Below, in pieces: positions 1-14,214 of a stretch of DNA of 64,000 nucleotides. A program made the translations under genes and the position numbers. This stretch comes from Yuukianura sp. NJ FZ-2021 (Eukaryota), in the NCBI GenBank assembly GCA_046563655.1, contig CM102289.1:2046001-2110000 (forward strand). The letters run 5' to 3'. The notes under the pieces are model-generated. The model was not told the origin of the DNA. It did no database searches and worked only from the letters and a program-made list of their open reading frames with translations. Each line of letters starts with the position of its first letter. The first letter of the stretch is position 1.

Positions 1-154
1 GCATAGCTACAGGTCCTAATTAAGTCTCTTTACCGGGTAGGTCTGTTACAATACTTTAACAATTGTTAAATTTTAAATCGTTAAACTTACATCATACATA
101 ATATAGTCAATTGTATATTGTTTTATCTTGTACAGCACATGACACACATTTAAC

Positions 155-3100
155 ATGGAAAACCTTTTCGTGTTGGTTTCTCTTGGGTTGGCCTGTTGGG
201 TAGCAGCGACTGAGGGGCTACGTTTCGAAAATGCTGTAAGCATTTCGACAGTATTTTTTGAATTATCTTTACAACTTTATTACTATTATTTACAATATTC
301 TATATTACTTTTAATATATTATATTACTTTTGTGTTGTAGTACATTCAAAACGTGGAGAGTGGTCGATGCGTTACAATTGAGAAAGACGCCGCACTAAAT
401 CCACTTTACACAACGAAGTGTAACTGTGGTCCATATCAATTTTGGAAAACGGATGATGAAGTAAGAACTTTTACAAAAAAAAAATCCATGATAACGTGTA
501 TTAGTAACAGCATTTCACATTTCAAAAGGCGAGAAATTTAGGTGGAAAATTCCTTAGCAGGTCATATTCGACAATCCAATAACCGACAATCAAGACTGTT
601 TTTTTTTTCGAAAAGTCCGACTATACGTTATTAGTATATTTTTTTGCCAGTTTGTAATAAACGAGTTGGCTTCGCACGGATACATGGACGAACTTTACGG
701 AAAACCAAAGAACGGAGAAACTGTTGGAATCTATGGCAAGACTGGATCGGCATGGCAGAAATGGAGAATCCATGAACTCGATGTAAGTTTTTATTTGTCA
801 AGTACTAAATATTGCAGTATTGCAATATAATATTATTTACAACTTTTATATTAAAATTGGCCAATGAGCACAAATATTCCGTGTAAATATAGGTATATTT
901 TATTTACAGGATGGCACTTACAATTTCATTGTGAAGCATACTGGCAAGTGTTTGCATCAAAGCTCAAGTGGAAAAGTTGATCAATGGGATTGTAACGAGA
1001 AAGACGCATCACAGCAATGGAAGGTCATTGAAAACCCGTGCGGAACTCGTAAGTAGGGCAAAAACTCAGCTAGACATTGCTCAACTATAGCATAACATTT
1101 ACATCATATATAATATGACAATAATAGAATATATAATGAAAAAATATGCTATTGTTCATTGTAGTTCCCAGGACGCCTGACCGGTTCCAGCTTGAGAATC
1201 CAAGTAGTGGAATGTGTGCAGTTGTCATGGGTAACAGCAACCATCACTTTGCCAAAATCTCATTAGAAAAATGTAGGTGTGAGAATAACTACCACTTCTG
1301 GAGGTACAACAAAATGGTATACCCCACTCCTGAGCACCAAAATTTATATTTATATCTTAATATATTAATATTTGCAAATGATACAATATTCAATGCGACG
1401 ATCATATCATTATTGTCTGTTTCAGACACTGGTATCAGAAGGCAGGACCAAGCAGTGTATGGCCAACTGGGAGCCCGGTCATCCTGGAGTAACGCAGTGC
1501 AGTTGCACTTTTGGCCCAGTTCATCGATATAGACTTGCTCCAATTGACAATGTAAGTACAATGTGCAACTTGTACTCACACATTTTGAATTGTTAAAATT
1601 CTCTTGTCTAAATCTTGCTTTTTAAGCAAATTTTACAAAAACGAACATTTTTGGTTACCAGGATGGAAATTTCAACATACAAACACAAGTAAACGGAAAA
1701 TGCATTTATACCAACGGCGGATCTGAATCAACGACTTTGCAATTCAGAGAATGTGATAAAGATGATGAACAACAAAAGTGGAGATTCTTCGACGCTTGTC
1801 ACCCCGGTAAACGAAAAAATCGGTTTATAGGAAAAAATAGATTTTGAAAGATTCTTTTTTTTTTTTTGAAAATTCTGGAAAATTTTTCGCTCCGTATACG
1901 ATGACATTTAAACTTCCTTACGCCTGAAATATTTTGTAGAACCAAAGCCAACTCCAAAACCCACCCCGCCACCAGTCACTGAGCCTCCTACTGCTGCACC
2001 AACCGCCCCACTAAAACCCACCAATGAAATTCCATCCCACCTCCAGTACTTCTTTGAAAGTGGCAGCATGAACTGGCTGGGCCCAACTAAGTACACTCTT
2101 CTGATTGGTGGACGATGGGATGTTGCCACCAATACTTGGATAACTGTTGACGGCAGAAGAATTTCGCCAAATACCGAACTTTGGAAAATTTACTTCGGAG
2201 ATGTCAAACCCTCTTTCTTGAGCATGCTGTTTGCCAACGGAAAATCCTTCAACGAAACATTTAGCTGGATGTCGCATGACTTTTTTAAAATCTGGACTTC
2301 CTGGAAGCAGGTTGCGCCAACGCCACCACCACAACCTAAGGACACCATCCCACCTACACAAACTTCGTACTTTACCACCGGCCAATTGAATTGGTTGACT
2401 CCAGAGAGATACACTTTGCTCCAAGGTTATTGTTTAAATAGAAATTTTATTTTACCAGGATATGCCATAACTCCCTTTTGTTAAAAGTTGTTTGTTTTCA
2501 ATTTTTTCCCGATTTTTTGACCCCGCGCCTTCTAAAATGCGATTGGTACAAAATTCGTTGTTTTTTCTTTTGTAATTTTTTGAAAATGTGAGTTATGGCA
2601 TAACCTGTTAAGGGTATTTCTATTAATACACGCTACATCAACCTTTGTCTGCCCCAAGGTGGTAGTTGGGATCCATTCACCCTTACTTGGACTACCGTGT
2701 ATGGACAAAAAGTCACTCCCGATAGCAGCCTGTGGACAGTATACTTTGGAGACGCCAAACCGCAATTCCTCAACGTTATTTTCCAAAATACGCGGACATG
2801 GAAGGACACTTTTGGCTGGATGACGCCCAACTTTTTTCAAACCTGGACAGTCTGGAAGGTTGTCACTCCACCGCCACAACCGAAGGATGAAATTCCAAAC
2901 CGACAAGTGACGCTTTTCACCAATGGACAAATGAAATGGCTTACGCCAGAGAGATACACGCTTCTGGTCGGTGGTCGCTGGGACTCGGCAACATCAACTT
3001 GGCACACAGCCTCCGGAAAACAAATCCAGCCATCAAGTCCGGAATGGTCAATGTAAGTTTACGAATTTTTTGGAATCCCCTCCAAAATTTAAATTTTTAT

Positions 3101-3596
3101 TTACGGTAACAGCTACTTTGGAACTCTACCACCATCGCACATGAACCTCTTGTTCTCGTCTGGAAATGGGTCTTGGGACTCCGCCTTTGGATGGATGACG
3201 CCCAACTTCTTCAACGTTTGGACTGGATGGCAGCAAGTCACTATTCACCGAAAAATTCAAATTGTGATGCCCGCTAATGTTCCCACTGCCACGAGACAGT
3301 TGTTTTCCTCTGGTCAACTCAACTGGTTGACCCCTGACCGTGTTAGGATGCTGGCCGGTGGAACTTGGTCTGGAAGTGAGTATGTGACAAAAACTTACGA
3401 AGTTGTCACTCCAGGAACTCCTACATGGAAGGCCTATTTTGGATCAGCTGACACAAACAACGTAAATGCACTTTTGGGTGGACCTGGAGCCTGGGACAAC
3501 ACGATGTCCTGGTTGACCGAAGCCATTCAGGCTGTTCCGTCTGGCCAATCCGGTGACTCGTTTCCATGGAACTCCGTTTTTGGAAAGGAAGTGTGA
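155..3596 (+). CDS. Secreted protein: signal peptide, two ricin-B (beta-trefoil) lectin domains, Pro/Thr linker and four Trp-rich ~95-aa repeats (copy 1, multi-exon)
   Basis: Hydrophobic N-terminus MENLFVLVSLGLACWVAATEG. GT-AG exons (155-235, 341-460, then 651.., 910..) splice into YIQNVESGRC..QFW, ..WQKW, KHTGKCL..QQW, ENPSSGMC..HFW, TQVNGKC..QKW, i.e. six QxW-type subdomains. These are followed by PKPTPKPTPPP and four repeats with NWLTPERY..GGRWD..W..YFG..FGWM..FF..W..W. Stop TGA at 3596. Confidence 0.8.
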
Positions 3597-4551
3597 AAAA
3601 TTTAACATTTACACAGAATTTCAATTTCAAATTCAAAAAAAAAATTTCAATTTCAATTTCAATTTAAAAAAAAATTCAATTTAAAAAAAAACAATTTGAT
3701 TAACATTTGAAAGTACAACAAAAACGAAACAAATCCGAAGTACCTGATAAGGTTTCTGCCGCATTTCCGACATTGAGAAAAAATTGCTACCGTGGATGAT
3801 TTTTTTTGCTTCTAACAAGTAGGTTGAATGATTTAGAATTTAACAAAATAAAAAGCACATTGGGTTTGACTTGCTTAGTAGAATTTAGTTAAACAAAATG
3901 AAAAGTGAAACTCATTGATGACTGCAAATTTTTTTTTTGTAAATTCTCACTTTATGATAACTTCTATATGAGTTAGTTTCAAAATTTTGATCCAACTTAA
4001 CACGAACGGCTTATAGCAAATTGTGATTTTTGGAAATTGAATTTGATGAAATTCAACGTAACTAACTCGTGTAAAATGGACTGCGGTTTTCCTTGAGTTG
4101 GTTACAGAAGATTTAAAACAGCCAATAATTGAACCTACCGCACAAAAATTATGCGGTAGATTTTAAAATTGAAAAACAACTAAACAGGAAACGGACCAAT
4201 CTGTTGGCACAGCTTGACTACATAAGTGGAAAATCTATATGTAGAATTATTGCGGTTTTTGGTATACCAAAGCAATTTAGAAAATTTCTTGCGCTGGAAC
4301 ATTTGGCCTGTAAATTTAGAAATGCGGCTTCCTGTAATTCGGTAATCACAATCAGGAAGTGAGTTAAAATGACATAAAAAGTATAGCATTATGTTCAAAT
4401 TGAGTCTCTACCGGGTAGGTTTACTGCAATACTTATATATTTTATTAGTTATATTCCAACCAGTTATATTTTAAATCGTTAAACTTATGCAATACATAAT
4501 ATAATTTATTTATATTGTTGTATTTAATCCAGCAAATGTCACACCTTGAAC

Positions 4552-7500
4552 ATGGAGAACCTTTTTGTGTTGGTTTCTTTTGCATTGGCTTGTTTGGTAG
4601 CAAATACTGAGGCGTTGAGCTTTGAAAATGCGGTAAGTGTATCGACAGGATATTTTGTGTTACTTTTTTTAGTCTTATTAATATTATCTTATAATATTAT
4701 TTACTGCATTACTGTTATGCGTGTATTAATTTTGATGTGTTGTAGTACATTCAAAACGTGGAAAGTGGTCGATGCATTACAATCGACAAAGATGCTATTC
4801 TAAATCCTCTGTACACAAGCAAATGCAATTGTGGTGCATATCAATTTTGGAAAACAGAAGATGAAGTAAGAACGTACAAGAAAAAATCTCAAATTAAAAA
4901 AAATTGTGTTGTAAGGACTTGCGAATATTGTTGACCCTTTTTTCAAAAAGTCCAACTTCACGTTACAGCATATTTTGTTTTACCAGTTTGTAGTTAACGA
5001 GTTGGCTTGGCACGGATACATGGACGAGTTTTACGGAAAACCCAACAACGGAGAAACCGTTGGAATTTATGACAAGACTACATTACCATGGCAAAAATGG
5101 AGAATCCATGAACTCGATGTAAATTTTGATTCTTCAAACATTAATACTTCAGTATTGCAATATAATATTTTCTAATGCCTAACGATATTCTAAGTGTATT
5201 TATACATCTTGTTATAGGATGGTACTTACAATTTCATTGTGAAGCATACTGGTAAGTGTCTTCACCAAGGTTCAAGTGGAAAAGTTGATCAATGGGATTG
5301 TAACGACAAAGAAGCATCACAGCAATGGAAAATTATTGAAAGCCCCTGTGGCACACGTAAGTAGGGTAAAAATATGGTGTAGTATATACAGGATTAAAGG
5401 TTGTTGTTGTCCAATTTAGCTCCCAAGATGCCTGGTCGATTCCAACTTGAGAATCCAAGCAGTGGAATGTGTGCGGTTGTCATGGGCAACAGCAATCTCC
5501 ACTATGCCAAAATCTCATTGGAAAAATGTAGCTGTGAGAATACCTACCACTATTGGAAGTATAACAAAATGGTATGTCATACTTTTAAACATCAAAATCT
5601 AAATTTATATATTAATGCGTTAATATTCACAAATGATACTAATAATATGTGAATGTAATATTACATATAATGATCACTATTGCCTATCTCAGACACTTGT
5701 ATCAGAGGGCTTGACAAAGCAGTGTATGGCCAACTGGGAGCCTCAGGGTTTTCCTGGGGTAACTCAGTGCACTTGCACTTTTACCCCAACTCATCGGTAC
5801 AGATTTGCTCCACTTGACAATGTAAGTATAAGTTGATGCTTGTGCTAAAACATTTTGAAGATTTAAAACTCTTTTCAATTTGTAGAAATATGTTTGCAAA
5901 TTTGAAAAGGAAAAATAACATCTTCATATTGTCTTTGTACTAAATTTGAGTCAATTGCTTACCAGGAAGGAAATTTTAACATACAGACACAAGTTGACGG
6001 AAGATGTGTTTATACCAATGGTGGATCTGAATCAACGACTTTGCAATTCAAAAACTGTGACAGAGAAGATGAACAACAAAAATGGAGATTCTACGACGCA
6101 TGCCACCCAGGTAAACAAAAAATCGTCTTTGATTTTTAGATTTTTTTAAAATCTTATAAATTCTCTCCACTTTTGCATACCGTTATACGCAACCAACAAA
6201 TATTTCTTTGTAGAACCAAAACCGACTCCAAAACCCACCCCGCCACCAGTTACCCCAACTGCCCCACCGACACCCACCAATGAAATTCCAACCCACCTCC
6301 AGTTCTTTTTTGAAAGTGGCATGATGAACTGGCTGAACCCAACCAGGTACACGCTTCTGATTGGTGGGCGCTGGGATGCTGCCACCAATGCTTGGATCAC
6401 TGTTGATGGCAGGAGAATTTCCCCAAATACAGAACTTTGGAAAATTTACTTTGGAGATGTCAAACCCTCGTTCTTGAACATGCTGTTTGCCAACGGAAAA
6501 TCCTTCAACGAAGCATTTAGCTGGATGTCGCTTGACTTTTTTGAAATCTGGACTTCGTGGAAGGTTGCTCCAAAACCTCCACCACAATCCAAGGACACCA
6601 TTCCACCTACACAGACTTCGTACTTTGCCAGCGGACAATTGAATTGGCTGACCCCAGAGAGATACAGTCTGCTCCAAGGTTTCTAAATTGAAGTTTTATT
6701 TTTTCTTACCAGGTTATGCCATAACTCCTTTTCCTTAAATATTGTTTATTTTGAATTTTTTCCGTGATTTGTTGACCTCGCACCTTGTTAAACCAGATTT
6801 AGTTCAAAATTTTTTCTTTTCGTAGTTTATTTTAAAAAAGTGACTTCTGGCATAACCTGTTAAGGATGTTTGTATAAATGGATGTTATAACAACCTTGAT
6901 CTGCTTCAAGGTGGCAGTTGGGATCCCGTCACAGTCACTTGGACTACCGTGTATGGACAGAAAATCACTCCCGACAGCAGCCTGTGGACAGTATATTTTG
7001 GAGACGCCAAACCGCAATTCCTGAACGTCATTTTCCAAAATACGCGGACTTGGAATGACACTTTTGGCTGGATGACGCCCAACTTTTTTCAAAGATGGAC
7101 AGCCTGGAAGGTTGTCACTCCACCGCCACAACAGAAAGACGAAATTCCAAGCCGACAAGTGACGCTTTTCACCAATGGACAAATGAAATGGCTTACCCCA
7201 GAGAGATACACGCTTCTGGTCGGCGGTCGCTGGGACTCGGCAACATCAACTTGGCACACAGCCTCCGGAAAACAAATTCAACCATCAAGTCCGGAATGGT
7301 CAATGTAAGTTTTCAAATTTTGAAATTCCCGCCAATTTTGAATTTTAATTTTTACTATCATAGCTACTTTGGAACTCTCCCACCATCGCACATGAACCTC
7401 TTGTTTTCATCTGGAAATGGATCTTGGGACGCCGCCTTCGGATGGATGACGCCCAACTTCTTCAACGTTTGGACTGGATGGCAACAAGTCACTGTGCACC

Positions 7501-7847
7501 GGAAGATTCAAATTGTGATGCCCGCTAATGTTCCAACTGCCACGAGACAGTTGTTTTCCTCTGGTCAACTCAACTGGCTGACCCCTGACCGTGTTAGGAT
7601 GTTGGCCGGTGGAACTTGGTCTGGAAATGAATATGTGACAAAAACTTACGAAGTTGTCACTCCAGGAACTCCTACGTGGAAGGCCTACTTTGGATCGGCT
7701 GACACAAACAGCGTAAATGCACTTCTGGGTGGACCTGGAGCCTGGGACAACACTATGTCCTGGTTGACCGAAGCTGTTCAGGCAGTTCCGTCTGGCCAAT
7801 CCGGTGACTCGTTTCCATGGAACTCCGTTTTTGGAAAGGAAGTGTAA
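4552..7847 (+). CDS. Ricin-B lectin / Trp-rich repeat protein, tandem copy 2
   Basis: Same exon/intron layout and highly similar translation to copy 1 (MENLFVLVSFALACLVANTEA ... SFPWNSVFGKEV*). Flanking non-coding sequence is also duplicated. Confidence 0.8.
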
Positions 7848-9112
7848 AAATTAACGTTTAAACAAAATACCATTGAAAAAAAACACAATTTGAGTAACAT
7901 TTGGAACTAAAACGAAATAAATTCAAACTGCCTGATGAGATTTGTGCAAGGTTTGTTGACTTTAGGTAGAGTAATACCTCTTGTTTTTTTTTTCGATTTT
8001 GCAAAAAAAAAAAAAGAGTGTTCTCTCATTTCCGGGCATCGTACTCATAACAATACCGCCGAATTTTTTAAATTTTACATACAAATTGGTACCAATTTTT
8101 TTTTTATTAGTACCAAAATTGGCACCAATTTTGTTTCCTTTTTTTTTCAGGAAGCAATAAGGTAGTGCTCAATCTGTTAAAGAAAATAAACTTTTTGTTG
8201 TCAAGGAACCTTGAGACTTGTACTTCATTTCTGACACTGAAGAGAAATTGTTACCTAGGATACCATGTGACTAAATTTTTTTTAATCATTGCTTCTAGCT
8301 TTGGAGCGAGTTGAATAATTGCGAGCGTTTAAAATTTAATCGAAACGACATTGGGCTTGATTTGCTTAGAAGAATATAGTTAAACAGGATGAAAACCGCC
8401 AACATTTAACGACCTGTTCGTTTTTTCATTCAAAAATCTTAATTGCTCATTAAAAAAAAACAAATTGTTTAAAAACTTTAATGCTTCACCAGAAACAATT
8501 TTGAGCAAGTTATACCTTTTTATTCCTTTTTAGAGCAACTCTGTTTTCAAAAGCTCATTAGCCCTAATCAAAGCCCAAGAAAATTAAAAACTTGATTTTT
8601 TTGAACTTCTTTGCCTTGATAAAAAGTTAAACCTAATTTCATCGCTCCGAAAGAAGTTTGTTTTCCTCGCCACAAGTCAATTTACGTCAATGCCAATTAC
8701 GTAAAGTAAAGTTCTCGTTCCAGTCATTTTGTTGTTGTTACTGTTTTTTTTTGCTTTGGTGATGCCTATCCAGTAGTGTTTGCGGTGTAGTAGTTATAAA
8801 GTTGTGAGAATCTGGACTTTGCTTCTTTGTCTAATCTCCTTCCTTCGTGCTTTCCAGCATAAACTGTTGGGCAAGCAGAATCACGAAGGGTAGATAGTAT
8901 ATTGCATATCTCGATTTTTTTAGTAATGTAACGTTCATCAAGGACTTTTCAGAAAGTGATTCGTGCTTGAAGTTTCAACAACTCAACACAAAAGGTTCCA
9001 TGACAACCATTTAGTGTTCATGAAGGAAGTTATATCACCAAAGCTTGAATTCAACAGTTTCATTAAACTTGTGAGCTTGTCGAGTGTGCAAATTGTTTTA
9101 AATTAGACAAAA

Positions 9113-11353
9113 ATGACGCGGTCCCGAATTTGCACTTGCTTCTTGACAACAGTTTTGTACTGTGTAATTATTGCAGCCGCTCTCCTATTTGTCCCTGGAC
9201 TTCCACCGACTGGAGTTCGTTACGATGCTTACAGGTAGCAAAAAATTTAAAAATTTAGTAAAATTTAATCGATATTACGCGTGCTAAGTAATTGATGTTT
9301 TCTCAGCTCAAGCCGTAGTACTTCTAATATAATCGTGCTTTTCACTTTTTAATGTTGTTTTTTTTTTAATCTGATGACATTTTGATTTTTAGAAACACTC
9401 CAGCAACAAAATTTGAGCCGAATTCGATTTTGGACAAAGCTGAGTTGTTTGTGGATTCGAAAGGAGAATTTACTGGTCCAGAGTCAATGGCAATTCGGGG
9501 GGATGATTTATACACAGGAGTTTCTGGTGGCAGAATTTTGAAAATTGACAAAAACGGGAAAGTTTCTACAGTCACTACAATTGTAGGCGATTGCAGTAAG
9601 TGAAATATGTTACATTTTTTATAATACTCTTCGTATTTAGACAAATCAAGGACAAAACTCATCATTTTTGAAAAGTTGAAACAAAATTTTAAATTGTACA
9701 TTTTTTGAAAGTGTCCCAAATTTTGAAATTTTGTCATTTTTCACTTTTAGCGAATTCTCTTTGGGATGAAGGAATTAAATGTGGAAGGCCGTTGGGCATG
9801 CGTTTCGATTCTGCTGGAAAACTTGTCGTAGCGGATGCATTTTTTGGGATTTTTAGGATCGATGTAGACACGGGTTAGAAAACCGGAAATTTATATTTTA
9901 TTTAAAAAATTTTTTCCAATGAAGGCGGAAATTTGCCAATTCTTGAAAATTTTTCCAAGCGAATGATCTATTTCGTGTAATTTTTCAGGAAAAACTGAAC
10001 ATCTTTTGTCGAGTATAGTAGAAATCGACGGAAAGAAGCCAATGCTCCCCGATGACCTTGCGTTGGGTTCCAACGGAGAAATTTATTGGTCTGACGCTAG
10101 TACTGTTGGAACACTGCGCAATTCTTTACCGGAGTTTCTTGGAAGCGGAAGTGGACGTTTAATTAAATTTGATCCTGCCACAAAAACTACTACTGTCCTG
10201 TTAGACAATCTTCACTTTGCAAACGGAGTTCATTTGTCACCAGATGAAGATTTTGTACTCGTATCGGAGACAATGCGATGTCGAATTTGGCGGTAATTTT
10301 CAAATCCAAAGCATTGTAACCAAATACAGAAGACTCTGTAACTTAGAAACTGAGCAAAATACAAAACAAATGGCAATTGCACAAACGCGGGGTTAGAAAA
10401 TTTCCGTAATCTGAGGTCCTAATTGTCATTGCAAAATCCACATACTGAGGGTTTTTTAAGTACTGCCTATTGTATTGGCAGATGTATTTTGCAATGACAA
10501 TAGTAAGGAAATTTTCTTACCCCCGTTTGTGCAATTGACATTTGTTTTGTATTTTGTCCTGTTTCTAAGTTACAGAGTCTTCTGTAGCAAAAAAACTTTG
10601 TTCATTTTGAGATTGTAAAGCGTTTTTCCATGTAAAATTTTAGATACTTTTTGAAAGGCCCGAGAAAGGGGCAAAGTGAGATTTTTCTGGACGGTTTGCC
10701 CGGGCTTCCAGACAATATTCGTTCCAATGGCAGAGGTGGTTACTACATTGCTCTTCCTAATACTCGTGACCCCGACGTAAGTCAAAAAAAAGTTTAATCT
10801 GAGATTTGGAGTTAATCTGAGTAGTTAAAATCAAGTTAAAAGTAAATTAATCAATGCAAATTACGTTTTGTAGCATCCTGATGTAGCAATGGAATCCTTG
10901 GGAAGTCTTCCGCTTGTTCGAAAGTTGATAGCAAGAAAGCTTGGGGTCATTGACCTCATCCTGTCTTATGTGAATATGGTGGTTCCCTCTTCGCCGGAAT
11001 TGTATTTCCTGAGAATGTACTTGGGTCACCTCGGTCCACTTGCAGATCCAAAGAACTTCCCCAAGAAAGTGATCATTATGGACGTTTCGGCTGATGGAAA
11101 AACTGTCAGAGCTCTACAAACTAATCAATCTGAGGTAATTAATTGCTCATTTTCATAATTCTTCGAGTGAGTTATTGAATTATTTGATTCCAACTCGTTT
11201 TTTATACAGATGCGAACCGTAACAGAAGCTAGTGCTGGTCAGGAGTACACCTACTTTGGTTCTTTTACAGAACCGAAGATATGGAGAATAAAAAACAAAT
11301 TTTTAGCGGAATCAACAAAGCCGAAAAAAGTTTCAATTCCGAAAAAAGTTTGA
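9113..11353 (+). CDS. Strictosidine synthase-like protein (hemomucin/APMAP family), multi-exon
   Basis: N-terminal hydrophobic anchor [32 protein letters not shown]. Family motifs [61 protein letters not shown]. Last exon 11210-11353 ends in TGA. Confidence 0.9.
10327..10584. mobile_element. Tc1/mariner-type MITE in a hemomucin-like gene intron
   Basis: TIR CAGAAGACTCTGTAACTTAGAAAC / GTTTCTAAGTTACAGAGTCTTCTG, imperfectly extended for about 110 bp, with TA on both sides. Confidence 0.8.
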
Positions 11354-11512
11354 ATTTAAAAATCCATCAATGTATAATAGAAAAAACTATTAAAAATTGT
11401 ATACAACTCAAATTCATGGCGTATCTTTTACTTGTTAATTGAAAAACCATGGGTCAAATTGAAGGTTCGAGAAAACCAAACTAGTTTAGCACACAGACGT
11501 GAAAAGTATAGC

Positions 11513-11580
11513 AAACTATTTTTAAAAACATTTTGGGTGAAACGCTAGCGTTTCACCCAAAATGTTTTTAAAAATAGTTT
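11513..11580. repeat. Perfect 68-bp palindrome, no spacer
   Basis: AAACTATTTTTAAAAACATTTTGGGTGAAACGCT|AGCGTTTCACCCAAAATGTTTTTAAAAATAGTTT. Confidence 0.9.
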
Positions 11581-11621
11581 TTGAGTAAAAATAGTAAAAA
11601 TTGAGTAATTAAAAATAGTTT

Positions 11622-11703
11622 AAAAAAATTGATTTTGTTAGAATTATTTTATGGGTGTGGCATGCCACACCCATAAAATAATTCTAACAAAATCAATTTT
11701 TTT
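11622..11703. repeat. Perfect ~82-bp palindrome, no spacer
   Basis: ..TTGATTTTGTTAGAATTATTTTATGGGTGTGGCA|TGCCACACCCATAAAATAATTCTAACAAAATCAA.. Confidence 0.9.
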
Positions 11704-11718
11704 TAAATAACTGAATAA

Positions 11719-13319
11719 TTATTCAGCACTTTGAATAATAGTTGAATAATTGGTTGGAATCGATTGCGGATTGTGGAAGAAATTTTCTGGATCGTACTTG
11801 CGTTTGACTTGAACGAGTTTTTTCAAATTCCCGCCATAGTAGCGTACTAAATAATCTGAAAGTTCTGCATCTTGATAATTTTGGTACGACTCTCTCTGGT
11901 TGAAAATTGTTTTTCCAAGGTCAAAAATCCTTTCTACCCAAATCTTATTTGCAATTTCCGAAGCGTTCCGAGGATTAGACACATTTATTATTTCTGCAAC
12001 GGCGTATCTTCCTTTTCTATGAACAAAGGCAGTTGCATGCTCTTTAACATCGTTGATTGCGCCACCATAAAGAGCAAAGAACAGCATAATTTTTGGAGGT
12101 AATTTTTGTAACAGCGAGTTGAGTTCGGAAATTTCAGCGTCACTTGCAACTTTTTGGACAAAAAATGATTTTGTGTATTCAAATCGTTGAATAGATGACA
12201 TGCGCGTTAGAGTAAGTAAATCTTGAGGTCCATAGCCGTTTGGTAAGTTGACGACATCCTGAGTTGCAAAAACCAAAAAATCGGGATAGGAGTACCAACT
12301 ACGTGTTTGCGATTGTGGTAGCGGGAGATGTTTTTTGAAAGCGTCCAATCGGAGATCAGTCCCTGTGACATCTAATAAAGTTACTAGGATTGTTTCGTTA
12401 TAAATCAATATTCTTCCAGAAAGTGTTCTGGAAGCGTAAATTGTAAAATGTTGCCAAGCTTTGAACACGCTAACGAAATTGGTCAAGGTGAAACTCAAAT
12501 TTTCTACGTAAATTGTGAGTGGAGGAGGAACGACTTTGAATACAAATGAAGTGACAATTCCAAACGACGCAGCTCCTCCACCACGCAATGCCCAGAACAG
12601 GTCAGAGTTCATGTGTCTGTTGGCAGTAAGTATGCGACCATCGGCAGTGACAATGCGCATGCCCTTGATGTAGTCAGTGGTCAATCCATATGCTCGTGAA
12701 AGGTAGCCGCGCCCTCCGCCTGTCGCTAATCCGGAAATGCCGACACTTGGACAAGTTCCTACCGGAATCATCACTCTGCCGGAATTCCACAGCGTCATGG
12801 CAACAGGACCAATCTGAAAATTTCGCCATTTTACAAATTAAAAATAAAATATATTTTTAAGCACTTTATTTTTGTAGAGGCAAAATGCTAACATACCAGA
12901 GCGCCAGCTCCGACTTTTGCCTTTGTCGCAAAGGAGTTAAGCGTGACTGATTTCATCAACTGAAGGTCAACTACAACAGAGTCCTTGTCACCATAACTGT
13001 ATTTTTCATATGAATGTCCACCACAGATCGCAACTATGCGAATTTTGTGTGCTTGAGCACAAATGACAGTTGATACGACATCGTCTTCTGTCCGAACCAA
13101 AATGAACGCAAGTGGATAGATGGTGGGACCTCGAAGTTGTCGTTGAAAATTAAGCCTTTTGTATTCCTTTGAGTTGCTTCGTGGCACAATATCATTTTGA
13201 CCAATTCCTTTCCCCAAGAGGCAATTCTTAAAATCTGGAAACGCTTGGGCTCTAATGCCGTTGACCAGCAACTTCAAAATTAGAATCACACAAAACTCAA
13301 ATGCTAGGGACAGTTCCAT
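11719..13319 (-). CDS. Secreted berberine bridge enzyme-like FAD-linked oxidase (FAD_binding_4 + BBE domain), copy 1
   Basis: Signal peptide MELSLAFEFCVILILKLLVNGIRA. Motifs GGHSYE (FAD-His), GTCPSVG (FAD-Cys), DLFWALRGGG..FGIVT and C-terminal YQNY..YYGGN..L..VKRKYDPENFF..QSIP. One GT-AG intron, 12814-12896. Confidence 0.92.
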
Positions 13320-14214
13320 ATCAACTTTTGCGGAGCTAATAAATGGTAACAATAACGACTGTGCAAAAAGATGAACAAAGCGTGTCGTTTTTAGCGTCAA
13401 TTGTCATTCGTCCTGAAATAAATTAAATTGAAACAATTTGACAGCTGGAAGAACTTTAGGGTTCCTGTATTTTCCCAAACCCAAAAATTGCGATTGTAAG
13501 CGTTAAACTTACAGTTTGCACTTAAGCATAAATTATAAACTGGAGCAAGGTTCATTGACTACTGTCAGAGATAAAACAAAGATTTAAAGCTTAAAATGTG
13601 TCTCGGCTCACCAAATCATAAAAATCATAAAAGCCTTGTAATAGAATTTATACACTTCTTTTTTCATTTGTTAAAAAAGTAATCCCGAATATAGTAGTTT
13701 CAGTTTTTTTTTATATTTTTCCGACAATCCCATCCTAAAGATTCATTTTGAAGATTTACGTTTTGTTTTCTGTTAAAAAAATTGGTCAAAATTTGAAGTC
13801 ATCGTATAGACTAATAAATAATGTTTTGCAAACGTTGTCTTCAAAGATAAACTTCTGACTTGAAATGCCACTTGAATGAAAAAAAATTTTTTGTGTAGAT
13901 GTAAACATTTCTAGGAGTTTCAATTTGAAAAGTACATGACGTATACATTTTGCAAAAAAGAAACTATGTTATCAATTCACACTAGTTTTTTTTTTATAAA
14001 TCTTACTTAGAAAAATTGAGCCTCAACAATGTTTGCAAACAACTGATAAAATTGCATACGGAGTAAGTGCAATATATTACTCATCGTCTAAAGATAAGTC
14101 TACAGATAGTTCCTCTATTCAATTTAGCAAATTTCTGTTGAACTTCATAAGAACTATATTTAGCTTTAGTTAGAAAGTTTAGTCTCAAAATTCTATGTAT
14201 TGAATTAGTGACTA

